Positions 1 through 38,290 of a stretch of DNA of 44,781 nt are shown in pieces (position 1 is the stretch's first letter; each line of letters opens with the position of its first letter). The notes beneath the pieces are model-generated. The model did not search any database. It worked only from the letters and a program-made list of their open reading frames with translations, and was not told the origin of the DNA. Made by a program: the position numbers and the translations under genes. Source of the stretch: Octopus bimaculoides (taxonomy: Eukaryota); contig NC_068994.1 of the NCBI RefSeq assembly GCF_001194135.2, forward strand, positions 6,179,911 through 6,224,691. Reading direction: 5' to 3'.

Positions 1-59
<59 letters not shown>

Positions 60-72
60 GTATATATATATA
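1..72. repeat. (TA)n microsatellite
   Basis: Direct reading. Confidence 0.97.
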
Positions 73-278
73 ACTTAGATTGGTTTCGGCCATTATCGGC
101 CCAGGCTGTGACTAACATATTTTGTGTGTGTGTTGTGCATTTAAAAGATCAGAGAGTGACCATTGGTTTTGCACCTGTAAAGCTCTTAGCTGTATTGGCA
201 ACTTGTGAAACTCAATGACCAGACACATAGCCTCTGGGTTTGTGCCTCTGGGCATAACAAACAACCTTCTAAATATTA

Positions 279-1030
279 CTACCCTGTTTTAAAATGTTGT
301 TCTTTGGATATATGAACTACTGGCCTACATACACATATGCATGTCCATACAAAGCAATATGAGGAAATTGATGGTCTCCATTGGCAAAAATATAGGGTGA
401 GGTTCATGAGTTTAGGTGAATTCCTTTGCTGTGGTGGTGAATTAAAATTTGAGATTTTGGGATCGACTCTTCTGAACTTGAGGATTTTGAATAGTATTGA
501 GATGAATGTAAGGCCAGTGGTGGAGATGGGAGGACAGAAGAAGGGGAAAAAAATGCAATCAGTACTGGAAAACTTTTGGTATGGGGCAAAGTTCAGTGTG
601 TGTGAAAATAGTGAATATGATTTTGTAGGAGTGTCAATGGATTGACCCTTTAGTGTGTGTGGATGTGGGTGTATGTAGAAGTGTAGAAAATAATTGTATT
701 TATATGCAAATAAAGATCTTTGGTGTGCCAGGGAGAATAAGAAAGATAATTTTATGAGCCTTTCTGTGCAGATCAATGAGCAGTGCTGAAGTTGGTTTTG
801 GGATTTGGGATGGGATAGTGAGTGTTGTAAAGCCATACTTAGGAGGAAGGGTGAGGAGGAGAAGGAGGAGGCAATAAGTATCACTTGGGGGATGTGTGAC
901 CATAATAAACTGGGCATGGTGGTGAGTATATAAAAGAGAGATTGTTTATAGATTTTATTGTGGAAATAGGAATTGTCACTTAAAGCTTGGACTCTGTTTG
1001 TGGGAATGTGGGGTTTCATGGTGTTGAGAT
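279..1030 (-). mobile_element. Probable decayed non-LTR retrotransposon (LINE) AP-endonuclease region
   Basis: Strong strand-asymmetric composition and a 246-codon minus frame with no fit to a host gene. Faint APE-like words appear in order across frames (TESKL, ICTER, FYIHP, PPQQRNSPK, WRPSISS). Pattern recognition only. Confidence 0.4.
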
Positions 1031-2149
1031 GTTATTAAAGTGATTAGGGGATATCGATGGCCCAAAATTTCAGCACACTAGTATAATGGAAATAAATCAG
1101 TTACACAGTATCCTCTTTTATTCATTGTAAAGTTCTCTCTCTCTCTCACATACACACACACACACACACACGCACACATGGTGGTTGGTGTTAAGAAGGC
1201 TATCCAGCTGTAAAAAAAAAGAAAAAAAAAAAAGAACCTGCCAAAATGGTTAGTGAAGCATGGTGCAGTTTTCTGTTTAGCCAGCTCCTGTCAAACCATC
1301 CAACCCATGCCAGCATTGAAAATGGATGTTAAATGATGATGATAATATATATATTTGTATAGGTTCCTATTTATGTATATCTGCATGTAAACAAGTGAAT
1401 GACCTCAAGATATAGAATCGAACTGCAATTAAAACTAGTTTCATGACTAATAAACTGTCATGCATTAACATTAGTAGCATTCACCAGGGTACAATGACCT
1501 AACATTTAGTCCTGTTGGATCTACAGATAGCCATACATACTCTATGACAAGGCTCTATGAAAAAAACAAAAAGTCTGCTTCCATCTTGGGTTTGAATAGA
1601 AGCAGTCCTGTCTGTCTGTCTCTCTCTCTGTCTCCAGCTGTCAGATTTTTGATGTTCTGCTGGGTTACAGATGTAAGGATCAAGCAGTGTCTGTCTACTT
1701 GCAGCCACGTGGGGTCCTGAAACAGAAGTAAAGACATGGTGTGTATGAGAAGTAAAATTTCAATGGTGATAGATAAATGGGGATGATGGCAAGGGATGAT
1801 GCTGGCTGTTTGTTACCGTGATGACAAGTGAACAGAATAAGGAAGAAGATTTAAATACTTCACTGTGTAGACTCTTGAACACTGTTTGTTCTGGTCAGTT
1901 TCAGTCTAATAGAAGAGAGATTTCCAAACATGGAACTGAGCTTTAAAGCATTAGCACATTGGGCAAAATGTCTAGCAGTATTTTTCCATCTTTATGTTCT
2001 GAGTTCAAATTCTGCTGAGGTCAGTTTTGCCTTTTATGGGGTTGATAAAATAAGTACCAGTTCTGAACTGTGGTTGGTGTAATCGACTGAGCCTCTCCTG
2101 CTGAAATTTTAGGCCTCGTGCCTATAGTAGAAAGGATATTACTCTGTCA

Positions 2150-2299
2150 AAAGTACTGTTTATTTAATCACACAGTTTTGACTTAATCATGCATTATCTT
2201 GTAGCTTTGAGATTTCAATGATGTGATTGTTTATTTTTAGAATGACATTGTAGGGTATGTGTGAGAGGCTGGCCAGTTTAAATGCTAAATAAAGGGTTA
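2150..2299. mobile_element. Non-autonomous DNA-transposon-like repeat ending in aagggttaa (piggyBac-like terminus)
   Basis: The core aatgatgtgattgtttatttttagaatgaca(t/ta)gtagggta is shared with 23460-23640, which starts ttgacccttt-agcattc. CCCT/AGGG ends beside TTAA suggest piggyBac-type termini. Confidence 0.4.
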
Positions 2300-2309
2300 A
2301 ACTCCAATG

Positions 2310-2830
2310 AACAATTCCTTACTTCAAATATGATGTGGCTGTGACAAACATTTTTTCCAGCTCTCAAAAAGTAATCTTTCAACTGGCATCATTTGCAGTT
2401 TAGGTGATTGCTTCTCCTGGACTACGTACATAAAACTTCAGGGATAACATTATAGAAAGAAACTATGCAGATGCCATGAAAGGGCTGACAACTTTACTTA
2501 CCATATATTGATACATTCCACATGTAATTTGTCTTAGAATGAAGTGCATGAAAGTTGGCAGGAGTGTGCCAGAGGAGACTGGATGTCGGCTAACAGCAGC
2601 AGATAAAAAAATGTCGCCTGACATTGCAGCAGTCAGTGTTTGCTTGCCTGCAATTGCATAGTAGAGTCTACAAAGCAGCTGCTGCTTCAGTCAGTTTCCC
2701 TTACATCTTTGCATGCTTGTTTGTTTGTTGAAAATGTGGAAACTCAACAGTTGTTATGTGAAAAATGAAAGAACCATCAAACGAATGGGGGTACATGGCG
2801 GATATCATCAGCTGGCCCAAGATGTGATTG
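2310..2830 (-). mobile_element. Possible highly decayed Tc1/mariner transposase remnant
   Basis: The minus strand gives PFMASA*FL (compare mariner PDLAPxDFFL) and WKKC..yfe-like words near the C-terminal end, with stops and frameshifts. Weak. Confidence 0.25.
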
Positions 2831-3381
2831 TCTGTGTTTAAGATGTGCTAATGTCATAGAGGCAGCCATAAGCACATGCATTACACACACATATATAGAT
2901 GTATGTATATATATATATATATATATATATGATATGATATATGTATGTGTAGAGGGAGAGAGAATTTATATCCTCTGTACTGAGTTAAGTACTCTCATTT
3001 GTTACTACCAACTTGTTTGCACGCGCGTGTGTGTGTGTGTGTGTATATATATATGTGTGTGTGTGTGCTAAACAACTGTCATCACTTTGTTTTAGCATTC
3101 TGATCAAACTGTTGGTTATAGTGTAGATCTCAGTCTTTTATTTCCAAAGCTGTCAATAATCTAAAAAATTTTAATCTTTGTTCATTCTTAAAATAAGTCC
3201 AATAACAGTTTGATTTATGTCAAGTATATAAACTTGATATTGTGCCTAATCTAAACCTTTATTTTATTTTGTTTTGTATTACCTCCCACCTTCCATCACA
3301 GCTTCAATTATTGGTTAATTAACTATTGTCTTATCATCAAACATTAGTGTATGCCAGTATCCCGTCAAACTAAGGTATTTT

Positions 3382-4847
3382 ATGTGTAATTAATATTTGA
3401 AACAAACAAACAACCTGTACCGCCAGTGTTTTCTTAATAGGCATACTTTTCCGTCGTTTTCTAATTAGAGGTTATTTAGTGCAGAAGTTCATTATTATTT
3501 GCTTATCTACTTCCTTTCCAGGAAGAAGGTGTAAGACAACAATCACATACACACATGCATGCGTAAATCCACACACACACAAAATTTGCACTGATTTACA
3601 TAAAAAAAAATTACCATTCATAAAATTACAACTGAGGCATCTACTTTTGTGTATGTGTAGAGTATATATGATGAATTCTTGTTTTCTTTTAGTTGTTCTG
3701 AAAAAATAAAAACCGACCAACCTACTCATTGAGTTGGCATGTTTAGTGGCTGAGTATTCCACAGACATAATACTCTAAATGTAATTATTAAGCAGATTCA
3801 GCTTGATGTTGTATGACAAGACTGAACCTTTGAATTAACAGGAACAATCTATCTAATAGTTTTTTCATCCACCCGATTTCACTTATAAAGCTTGGATTGA
3901 TCCCAAGGCTGTGGTAAAGACACAGAGCCAAGATGGCACACATTGGGACTAAATGGTTGCAAAACAAGCTTAAAACCATTTAATCATTCCTGCATCCACG
4001 GCGGGTTCTGTGTGCATGTGTGTATGGCCACTGAATCACAATTCATGTTATCTGTTGGTGTTTCAGCTCTCTTCATTTTTATATATATATTCCCCACACT
4101 TAGGTTTGTTATTAAAGGGACAAAGGCAGTGAGCTGGCAGAGGCATAGAAATACTATGACATGAAGGTGTTGAATAAGAGGAATGCATGGAAAAGAGAGG
4201 TCCTATACCAAGTAGACCCGTCAAAGAGATTAGTTATTCAGGTCGCAGTAATGTAGTTGAAAGAGCAATTAATGATACGAAGGCAGGAAAAATGAGCGGA
4301 CTACCAGAGATAATTGCTGCATTGCTGAAAAAAATCTGGCCAAGTAGGTCACGTTCTAGTTACTACTTGCCTAATTAATCAGGTAGTTTGAAGAAATGCT
4401 ATGGCTTGTGAGGCATGTATGAAGGTGCTGTTAGAAAAGCAAGAGTTAGTAGGGGTCCTTCAAGGATGGTTTCCACAAGATGCCCTTCCTAGCACCAACC
4501 ACCATTTAGTGTTTATATCACCACTAGAGAAGTTGTCATATGTTGTCAAGAGTAAACCCTACATTGTTTCTGTTTGATTTGGGGTTCCTTTTATTGTGGA
4601 ACCAACACTGGAGAGGTTACTAACCTCTTCTAGTGTTTCCCTTGATAGGTTCGGTTTTTTATGACTTTTGACACAAATAGCCAATGCATTGCTTTGTAAT
4701 CAAAATTTCTGAGTTTTTTTTTATACCTGGACTGAGTACTCAGCTGCACTAAATAACCTCTAATTAGAAAAGGACCGAAAAGTATGCCTATTAAGAAAAC
4801 ACTGGCAGTACAGGTTGTTTGTTGGTTTTCAAATATTAATTACACAT
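3382..4847. repeat. Long inverted repeat pair, arms 3382-3484 and 4744-4847
   Basis: The reverse complement of 4744-4847 matches 3382-3484 over about 103 bp with only a few differences. Confidence 0.9.
4120..4345 (+). mobile_element. RTE-clade LINE reverse-transcriptase N-terminal remnant (frameshifted)
   Basis: Reads KYYDMKVLNKRNAWKREVLYQVDP, then VERAINDTKAGKMSGLPEIIAALLKK. This matches the RTE pattern LLNEENxW...V.KAI..MK.GKA.G.SGI.AEMLK. Confidence 0.6.
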
Positions 4848-6718
4848 GCCTTTCTAATGCCCACCACTTTGCAGTGTGGGTCGGATGCTTTTGACTGTTG
4901 ATGAGGAATTAATAAAGTGCTGGTAGTATAGTTGAGTGGTCTAAGGTGTTGTTTTAAGGCACCAGGCTCTTTGGAGGTATGTGTTCAAATCCCTCCACTG
5001 CCAGAATACAGTCTATTTGTTTTGTGCCAGGCTATGTGAAAAGCACCTGTGCTGGTGCCACATAAAAAGCACCTCTATCAGTGCCATGTAAAAAGCACCC
5101 CGCACATTCTGATAAGTGGTTGGCATTAGGAAGGGCATCCAGCCATAGAAACCAAGCCAAATCAGACGGGAACCTGGTCCAGTTGTCCAGCATGCTAGAT
5201 ATGGTCAAACTGTTCAATCCATGCCAACATGGAAAACGGATGCTAAACGATGATGCTGATGGTGTTGAAGGAAGTGTTAATTCTAGATTGTATTTTAGTC
5301 TGGTAACTATCAACTACTACTTATTTGTTTATATATATGACTGGAATTCTCGACATAAGTTATGTATAACGCTATCAGATTATATAGTTAAATTGTCATT
5401 CAGTATTCAGCTAATATCCAGTATTAACCCCTTTTTTGTGACATTGATATTAGGATAGGAGAATTGACACAAAGGAACTCAAATTATTCGCTTTAGGTTA
5501 GCTAGTTTGCTATGTCAGTTATTAATTCAAATCCTGCCAGGCATGTCTTGCTTTTTCTATTATCATTGGCATTGATAAAATTGGAACAAGTAAATTTGTG
5601 AACATTGTTTACGTTTGCTGGATATTTATCCTCATCTTGTTTGTTGTTAACACGTTTTGGCTGATATACCCTCCAGCCTTCATCTTGTTATGTGTTTTGG
5701 GTTACTTGAGTATGTCTCTTTTGAACCTAATATATATTTGTTTAAGTTGCTACATCAAATATTTCTATATAACCAAATGGTTCTTTTATTTTTCAAGAAA
5801 GGAGGATGATGATGATGTACATTGGATAATGTAGATGTTATTTGCAGGAGATTTGATTGCTATTTCTAGAAGGTTGAGCAGCCATATAGTCTACTTACGT
5901 ATTGTCATAGAAAGATATCTAAATACCACAGGGCAAACTAAAAACTTTGATGTCCCTTCATTGACTCGATGTGCACACGTGATAGGCTTCTGCATAGTTT
6001 CTACTGACCAAATTCCATTCACAAGACAATGGTCAGTCAATCCAAGGCTATGGCTTGAACACAGTTGCCCAAGTTGTTACATATTGGAATTGAACAGACA
6101 TAATTGCAAAACGAACTTCTTAACCTCATAGCTATGTCTGCACCCAACTTCTGTTGTGTGTAGCTTCGCCTATATGAAGAATAAAAAAAAGACAAAACCT
6201 AAGGACGTCACTATTGCAGTCCAGTGAAAGTATTCAGCTTGTCCTGACTATGTAATTATTGGGTTGTCTAATAAATTCACCCCCCCCCCTTTCCAGTGTT
6301 ATTTGAATTATCATGGAAAATATTTTAATTGTAGCATTTTTTTTTGCAGCTGTATTCTTCCTCTACAACTTTTGTATCATATTTGAAATTTGAAAATAAG
6401 TTTACCTCTTTTAAGACAAATAACAAGAACAGCTTTGTAAATAAACAAATTTACATCCCCAAAAAGTAATGAAATTAACCTACAGACTTCATCTCAAGAA
6501 TATAACAGAGCCAAAAAAATAAGTAGAAAATGTGAACAAATTTATTTGGCAACCAATAGTTTAAATCAGTTGTAAAATAGTTTTTTTGTTTCTATTTTTA
6601 TTTTATTTTTATATCAGTTAAAGAAGAAAACGAAATCTGTTTGATAAATTTTGCTTTGAAGAAGTAACATAATATTTACCATCACAAATGTTTCTAATTT
6701 TCTGTTTTATTTCTTAGG

Positions 6719-31139
<24,421 letters not shown>

Positions 31140-32372
31140 AACGGCTAGTTTTTGTTGTTGTTCTTCTTTCTTTCTATTGTTGGTGCAGTAGTATAGTCAG
31201 CTACTTCCAGTGTTCTCTGGATACACCTGCCCCCCCTCCGCCCCACTTTTTCCTTTTTTTCTCTCCCCCCCCCTTTTATGTGGTCCATTGTAAGATTAAG
31301 TATGCGTGTGCTTAAGGGATTTAAGCTGGACCCCTTGTAAGCAACACAAACCACCACCCCCATTTATTATATACTTGCTATAAAATATATGTATGTGTTT
31401 GTATGTATATATACATATATAAGAAAAAAAAAATNNNNNNNNNNNNNNNNNNNNNNNNNNNNNNNNNNNNNNNNNNNNNNNNNNNNNNNNNNNNNNNNNN
31501 NNNNNNNNNNNNNNNNNNNNNNNNNNNNNNNNNNNNNNNNNNNNNNNNNNNNNNNNNNNNNNNNNNNNNNNNCCCCTTTTTTTTTTATTTTATTATTAAA
31601 CTATTTCTTTCATTATTTTAAGCTCATCACTGAAATAAGTGGAGACAGAAACAGAAACAAAATTAAACAACCAAAAAAAAAAAAAATTACAAAAAAAAAA
31701 ATATATAAATAATCCCAAGAAAAAATAGAAAAAAAGTATCTTGTTTAGAAGTTTGATAGGATAAATTTGAAGGAAAAATGGAAGAAGAAAAAATATTGTA
31801 AAAAAAAAAAAAACAAAAATCCAAAATTTCATAAACTTTGACCTTTAGCTTAAATGTGTGTGTGTGTGTATGCGTGTGTGTGTGTGTGTGTTTTCTTTCT
31901 AATTTTACAAAAAAAAAAAAATTTCTATCATTAATGCATATATGTTGATTGGTTGATTGATTATTTTTTGTGGGTTAGACTACTAGTTAATTACCCTGAA
32001 TATATTTGGTTTAGTTCAATATGCATGTCTTGCTTAGGATAGCAGATGGTCCCTCTTTTCTTGTCCCCTCCCCCACAGTCTCCTCATACGCGTCTTTTTG
32101 TCTGTCTGTGAGTATGTGTTTGTATGTGTGTTCCTCTTCCATCTCATTAAAAATAATAAAAAAATGTCCCCCCACCCCAAAAAAAATAATAATAAGGAAC
32201 GGAAATGGATAGGCAGATGAATCTTTTCTCTTTACAATGGCTATTTGGTGTTTGTGTGTGTCTGTGCATTCAATTATTTGCTGAAATAGCACAAATTGTG
32301 TGCACGTATATGTGTGTGCCTGTATTTTCCCATACCTCTATGTGTGTGTGTATAATGTATGTATGTATTTAC

Positions 32373-32420
<48 letters not shown>

Positions 32421-33089
32421 ATGTATATAGGTTTTGGCTATTGGGTTGTAGCTACACTGGGGCATCTGCTTCGAAAGTTCAGTCAAGCTTATTGATCCCC
32501 CCCAGTACTTAGACACACACATACATATCCATAATATACATGTGAGTGTTGTGTATTTACAGGTATGTGTATGTACAACTGTGTCCATGTCCTGTAGAGC
32601 CAAAGCATGATTTTTCAGCCCCACTTAATCTTGGTGCTTGTATTCACACACACACACACACACACACACAGCATATAGCATATAGAAGTTTGTATGCACA
32701 ACATCTCAGATGGCTCCCTGCCTCTGACATGTTTCCTACAGCTTCGAAGGATTACTGTTGACTCTGAAGACAATTGTTGACATGTTACACACACATACAC
32801 ACACATTCTATAACATTTTATAATATTGTATAAAATGACTTTAGTGGTATGAATTTTTTTTTCTTCGTCTGATTTTTCTTTTTCCTTCTATTTTGGTATG
32901 GCTTCATCTTTTTTTTTTTTTTAAATTTCATTTTACTTTATATGTTTCCCACATATAATACACACAAACCTGCACTCTTTTCTCTCCTCTTTTCTTTTTC
33001 CCCAAATTGTATTTTTGTGTCTTGCATATAATATGAGCCATATAAAAGCATGCTTCTTCATATATATACTGTGTGTATGTGTACATGCG

Positions 33090-33133
<44 letters not shown>

Positions 33134-33522
33134 CATGTTAGCCTACATACATACATCACTTTATGTATGCATACAGATGTACTTAATACAGTTTGAAAAG
33201 TTGTGGATTCTCTTTTACTTAACTGGATATGAACCATGTAAAATGACCTATGTGTTATTATAGAGCATGTTTGATAATTTTGTAACTGATAGAGGAATTG
33301 ATATCAGGATCCAAGATTTTTTTCTTCTCATTTATTGAATGGCATCTTGTCCTCCCTTTTGTTTTTTCTATTAGAAATATTTTTAGCTGAATAATTTTTT
33401 TTTTCTTTTTCAGGGTAAAATTGTATGGATGGTAAAATTGCATGTGTGTGTGTGTGTACATAGATTTGAACATGTGAATCTTTTCTTTGTCTCTTTTTTT
33501 CTTCTGATAACTGTGCAGTTGC

Positions 33523-33564
<42 letters not shown>

Positions 33565-34988
33565 AGATATTCTTCTTGGGTATATAGAGAGAGTGTTGTC
33601 ATGATGTCAGTATAGAAACAGAGGTGTTATGATTGTCTGTGTGTTCAATTCTTGCCTACATCAAACATCGTTGTCTCCAGTAGCAATTCTCCACCAGGAA
33701 GTTGCCTTTCAACTCCTCTACATAATATACATAATAATAATAATAATTTTTACATATACATACAAATATATATGTGTGTGTGTGTGTATGTATGTATATA
33801 TATATATATATATATATAAATGGAAGTTGCTGCTGGTTTGTGATGTTTAGTTAAAATGGCTCTATTTCTGGGTTTATACATGTATTTTTATATTGCGTCA
33901 GTGTGTATATACACCTTGAAGTACATGACCTGCATGCACTGCACTTGTTTGTGGCTATTTATTTCTTTTGAATCTAACCATTCAAGTCTATTTAAACTCT
34001 CTCGGGACACAGTCACTTAATTGCAAACCTATTTCACCACCAGCATTGGCCCCCCCCCCCCCGCCTCCTTCCTCACTCATTGCCTATTGTTTTTGTTTTT
34101 GCATTTAGAATAACCTCCTGCACAACCTCCTCTTCCTCCTCCTCTCTTCACATTACATTGATAAAAAGAAATGTTAGTCTTAAATGCTGGAAGAAACACT
34201 CTATGCATGACCACACTCTTTTTCTCTTTCTCTCTCTCTCTCTCTNNNNNNNNNNNNNNNNNNNNNNNNNNNNNNNNNNNNNNNNNNNNNNNNNNNNNNN
34301 NNNNNNNNNNNNNNNNNNNNNNNNNNNNNNNNNNNNNNNNNNNNNNNNNNNNNNNNNNNNNNNNNNNNNNNNNNNNNNNNNNNNNNNNNNNNNNNNNNNN
34401 NNNNNNNNNNNNNNNNNNNNNNNNNNNNNNNNNNNNNNNNNNNNNNNNNNNNNNNNNNNNNNNNNNNNNNNNNNNNNNNNNNNNNNNNNNNNNNNNNNNN
34501 NNNNNNNNNNNNNNNNNNNNNNNNNNNNNNNNNNNNNNNNNNNNNNNNNNNNNNNNNNNNNNNNNNNNNNNNNNNNNNNNNNNNNNNNNNNNNNNNNNNN
34601 NNNNNNNNNNNNNNNNNNNNNNNNNNNNNNNNNNNNNNNNNNNNNNNNNNNNNNNNNNNNNNNNNNNNNNNNNNNNNNNNNNNNNNNNNNNNNNNNNNNN
34701 NNNNNNNNNNNNNNNNNNNNNNNNNNNNNNNNNNNNNNNNNNNNNNNNNNNNNNNNNNNNNNNNNNNNNNNNNNNNNNNNNNNNNNNNNNNNNNNNNNNN
34801 NNNNNNNNNNNNNNNNNNNNNNNNNNNNNNNNNNNNNNNNNNNNNNNNNNNNNNNNNNNNNNNNNNNNNCTGACTGGTTTTTGAAATGACACAAAAGAAA
34901 AAAAAAAAATACAAAAAAATAAAAACAAAAAAAACCAACAAAACAAATGTAAGTTTGTCTTCTTCTTATTACTGATATCACCACCACT

Positions 34989-35038
<50 letters not shown>

Positions 35039-35053
35039 TATTATTATTATTAT
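34989..35053. repeat. (ATC)n-(ATT)n trinucleotide tract
   Basis: Direct reading. It lies immediately before the SINE array. Confidence 0.95.
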
Positions 35054-37290
35054 TAAGGCGGCGAGCTGGCAGAATCGTTAGCACACCGGGCGAAATGCTT
35101 ACCGGCATTTCATGTGTCTTTTACGTTCTGAGTTCAAATCCCGCTGAGGTCGACTTTGCCTTTCATCCTTTTGGGGTCGATAAAATAAGTACCAGTTACG
35201 CACTGGGGGTCGATGTAATCGACCTATCCCCTCCTCCAAAATTTACTGGCCTTCTGCCAAAATTTGAGATCACCATTATTATTATTATCATCATCATCAT
35301 CATTATTATTATTAAGGTGGTGAGCTGGCAGAATCGTTAGCATGCTGGATGAAATGCTTTGTGGTATTTTACCCATCGCTGCGTTCTGAGTTCAAATTCC
35401 ACTGAGGTCAACTTTGCCTTTCATCCTTTTGGGGGTTGATAAAATAAGTACCAGTTGCATACTGGGGTCGATCTAATCGACTGGCGCCCCCTCCCCCAAA
35501 ATTTCAGGCCTTGTACCTTTAGTAGAAAGGATTATTATTATTATAATTTTCTATTCTACCAAGGATGGTGGAGTGTTAGACAAAAATGTGTATTTAGTTG
35601 TTTCTTTTTACAGTGGGTTCAACCACACCCCTTTCCCACCCACTGAAGTCAAACATTGCCTTTCATCTTTCCAGGAGTTGACTCCCCCCCTCCCAAGTTG
35701 AACTGGTGGCAAAATTTAATTGAACACTGCCCCTNNNNNNNNNNNNNNNNNNNNNNNNNNNNNNNNNNNNNNNNNNNNNNNNNNNNNNNNNNNNNNNNNN
35801 NNNNNNNNNNNNNNNNNNNNNNNNNNNNNNNNNNNNNNNNNNNNNNNNNNNNNNNNNNNNNNNNNNNNNNNNNNNNNNNNNNNNNNNNNNNNNNNNNNNN
35901 NNNNNNNNNNNNNNNNNNNNNNNNNNNNNNNNNNNNCACCTGTACCTCTTCCCCCCCAGCCCCATGGTAGACTTCCTGGTCTTTGTACCAGAAATAATAG
36001 AAGACGGCCACTGTAGATTGGTCAAAATCGTGCTGGGTGGGTGGGGGTGGGGAACGAATACTGTGTGGTGCTTGTTGTAGCTCTTTAGGTTCTGAGTTCA
36101 AATCCTACCAATGCAAGGTGAATGTTTGCTTGTCATCCTTCTCCAGGATCTGTGAAATAAAGAACTGCTAAAATACTGGGGTCGTTTTATCAACTAAATT
36201 CCTCCCCACCAATGCTCAGATTCTTGACCTGCTTAAATGAGAAACAATTATTATTATTATTATTAAGGTGGAATGCTTAGCGGTATTTCGTCTGTCTTTA
36301 TGTTCTGTATTCAAATTCCAGGGTTGATAAATTAAGTACCAGTTGCATACTAGGGTTGATCTAATTTACTGGTTCCCTCCCCCAAAATTTCAGGCCTTGT
36401 GCCTAGAGTAGAAAATATTATTGTCCATAAGGCGGTGAGCTGGCAGAATCGTTAGCACACCAGGCAAAATTTCATCTGTCTGCACGTTCTGAGTTCAAAT
36501 TCCACCTAGGTCAACTTTGCCTTTCATCCTTTCAGGGTCGATAAATTAAGTACCAGTTGACTACTGAGGGGGTCAATTTATTTGACTCATTCCCTCCCCT
36601 GATATTTCTGGCCTTGTGCCAAAATTTGAAACCACTATCATCATTATTATTATTGTTGAGGCAGCCAACTGCCAGAATTCTTAGCATGTGTCAAACTAAA
36701 TGCTTAGCAGAGTTTTCTTCTGACTCTATATACTCTGCTCAAATTCTGCATGGTTCTTATTATTCTTGTATAACCCCTAGTCAGGTCCCTTTACATTTTT
36801 TGTTCTAATCCCAATAAGGCCTTTCATCCTTCTAGGGTAGCAACCAAGTACCTGGTTGATTTAATTAGTTGTCTCCTCCTATAAATTGTGGTATTTTGCC
36901 AGTGCAAGAATTTATTATTATTATTATTATTATCTATCACCATCATCATAGTCATCACCATCATTATTGTCAGCAACAAAGGCGGGGCAGATATACAGGG
37001 ACAGTTGTCTAGTTGGATGTTTCACATAATACAGGCGAATTCTTGAAAATGGTTATTTTTGCCTCCATTCTTTCTCTAGTCAAGGAAACCTATGCTAATA
37101 ATATACTGTGTTGATCATATTGACTGTATGACTCTAAAGTAAAAAGAAAAAAAAATGCTTTCTGTTCAGTCAAAAAACAGTTATTATTATCATTATTATG
37201 CATGTTGTTTGATAAAAGTTACCTCTAATATACTTGGAAATCTATAAATGACAATGTCCCTTATCTATAATGAACTTTTACATTGGCACA

Positions 37291-37323
<33 letters not shown>

Positions 37324-38290
37324 GTTATGACAGTGAGCTGGCAGAATTGTTTGTGTTGGATGAAAATGCTTAGCAGCATTTCTTGTGGCTCTTTAATGTT
37401 CTGAGTCCATATTTCCGTCGAAGTTCACTATGCCTTTCATCCTTTAAGGGTTTGACGTAAATTGACCAGCACAAAATTTCAGCTTTTGTACCCTACAGTA
37501 GAAAGACTTATTATTATTATTCTGTAGTGGATTGGCAGAAATGGTTGAGAGTTCTCGAGCAAAGAGATTTTACAGTATTCATGATTCTTCCTTCATATTG
37601 TGAGTTCAAATCTCACTGAGGTCAACTTTCTTTCATTCTTCTGGGCTTGATAATAATAATATATAAAGTTCCAGTCAAAACTTGTGGTCAGTTATTGACT
37701 AATCTACCTCCCTTCACTAGACTCATGACTATCTGCCTATGTTAGAAACCATTATTGTTAACATTTTATTTGGCTTAATAAAAATTGGCTTGGTTTTCAG
37801 TTGCGGTCTGCATCACTTCTTAAGTTGAGAGAGATCCTTTAATCTCTGCCTTCTCAGGAGGCTCCCCCCCCACTTTTTTTTCTATGTGAAACAATAATTA
37901 ACAAATAATTGTTTGGTAGATCAGCAAGTTGGCTCTTGAGCCTTGAGAATCTAGTTTCAAATTCTGTAGGGGAACCCCTTTCATTTACTCCCCTGACCTC
38001 TTGCCCTCTCTTCCTCCCTCTCATAAGTGCACAGCCTGACATTTATAATCTTATAAACAGCAGATCTCAGACTTCTTGTATAAGTTATATATGATCCTAT
38101 CAAGGTGAGCGTAGGCAGGTGGTGATAAACAGAATTAGATAGAATCCCTCGCAGTAGTTGAGCAAGGGTCTTGTTATCTTCTGGGTTCAAAGCCTGCCAG
38201 GAATCAACCTTGTCTGTCATTCCTCCAGGGTCAGATAAATTCAGTACTGGTTAAGGGGATCGACTACCCCAAACTCCCAACCTCCACCTG
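35054..38290 (+). mobile_element. Array of about nine same-orientation tRNA-derived SINEs, family 3 (taaggcggcgagctggcagaatcgttagc...gagttcaaatcc...gcctttcatcctttcggggtcgataaa), separated by (ATT/ATC)n
   Basis: Copies at about 35054-35270, 35313-35530, 36060-36245, 36263-36415, 36428-36635, 36658-36910, 37328-37505, 37522-37745 and 38100-38290, with A- and B-box-like motifs. Dispersed copies also at about 1940-2140, 19760-19900 and 22265-22480. Confidence 0.85.

Noticed and set aside
279-1019. The 246-aa minus ORF as a host protein-coding gene
   Set aside because: It has no splice structure and no recognisable host domain. Its composition and faint endonuclease-like words fit a decayed LINE better.
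31140-33900. Position of the PAP poly(A) site (ATTAAA near 31594 and 32146, AATAAA at 32155-32160)
   Set aside because: These hexamers are expected by chance in this AT-rich, gap-containing sequence, so the 3' end cannot be assigned without 3'-end data.
35054-35160. tRNA genes suggested by A/B-box motifs (also at 10340, 16553, 41105)
   Set aside because: No cloverleaf can be drawn, and each continues into a shared SINE body, so they are SINE heads.
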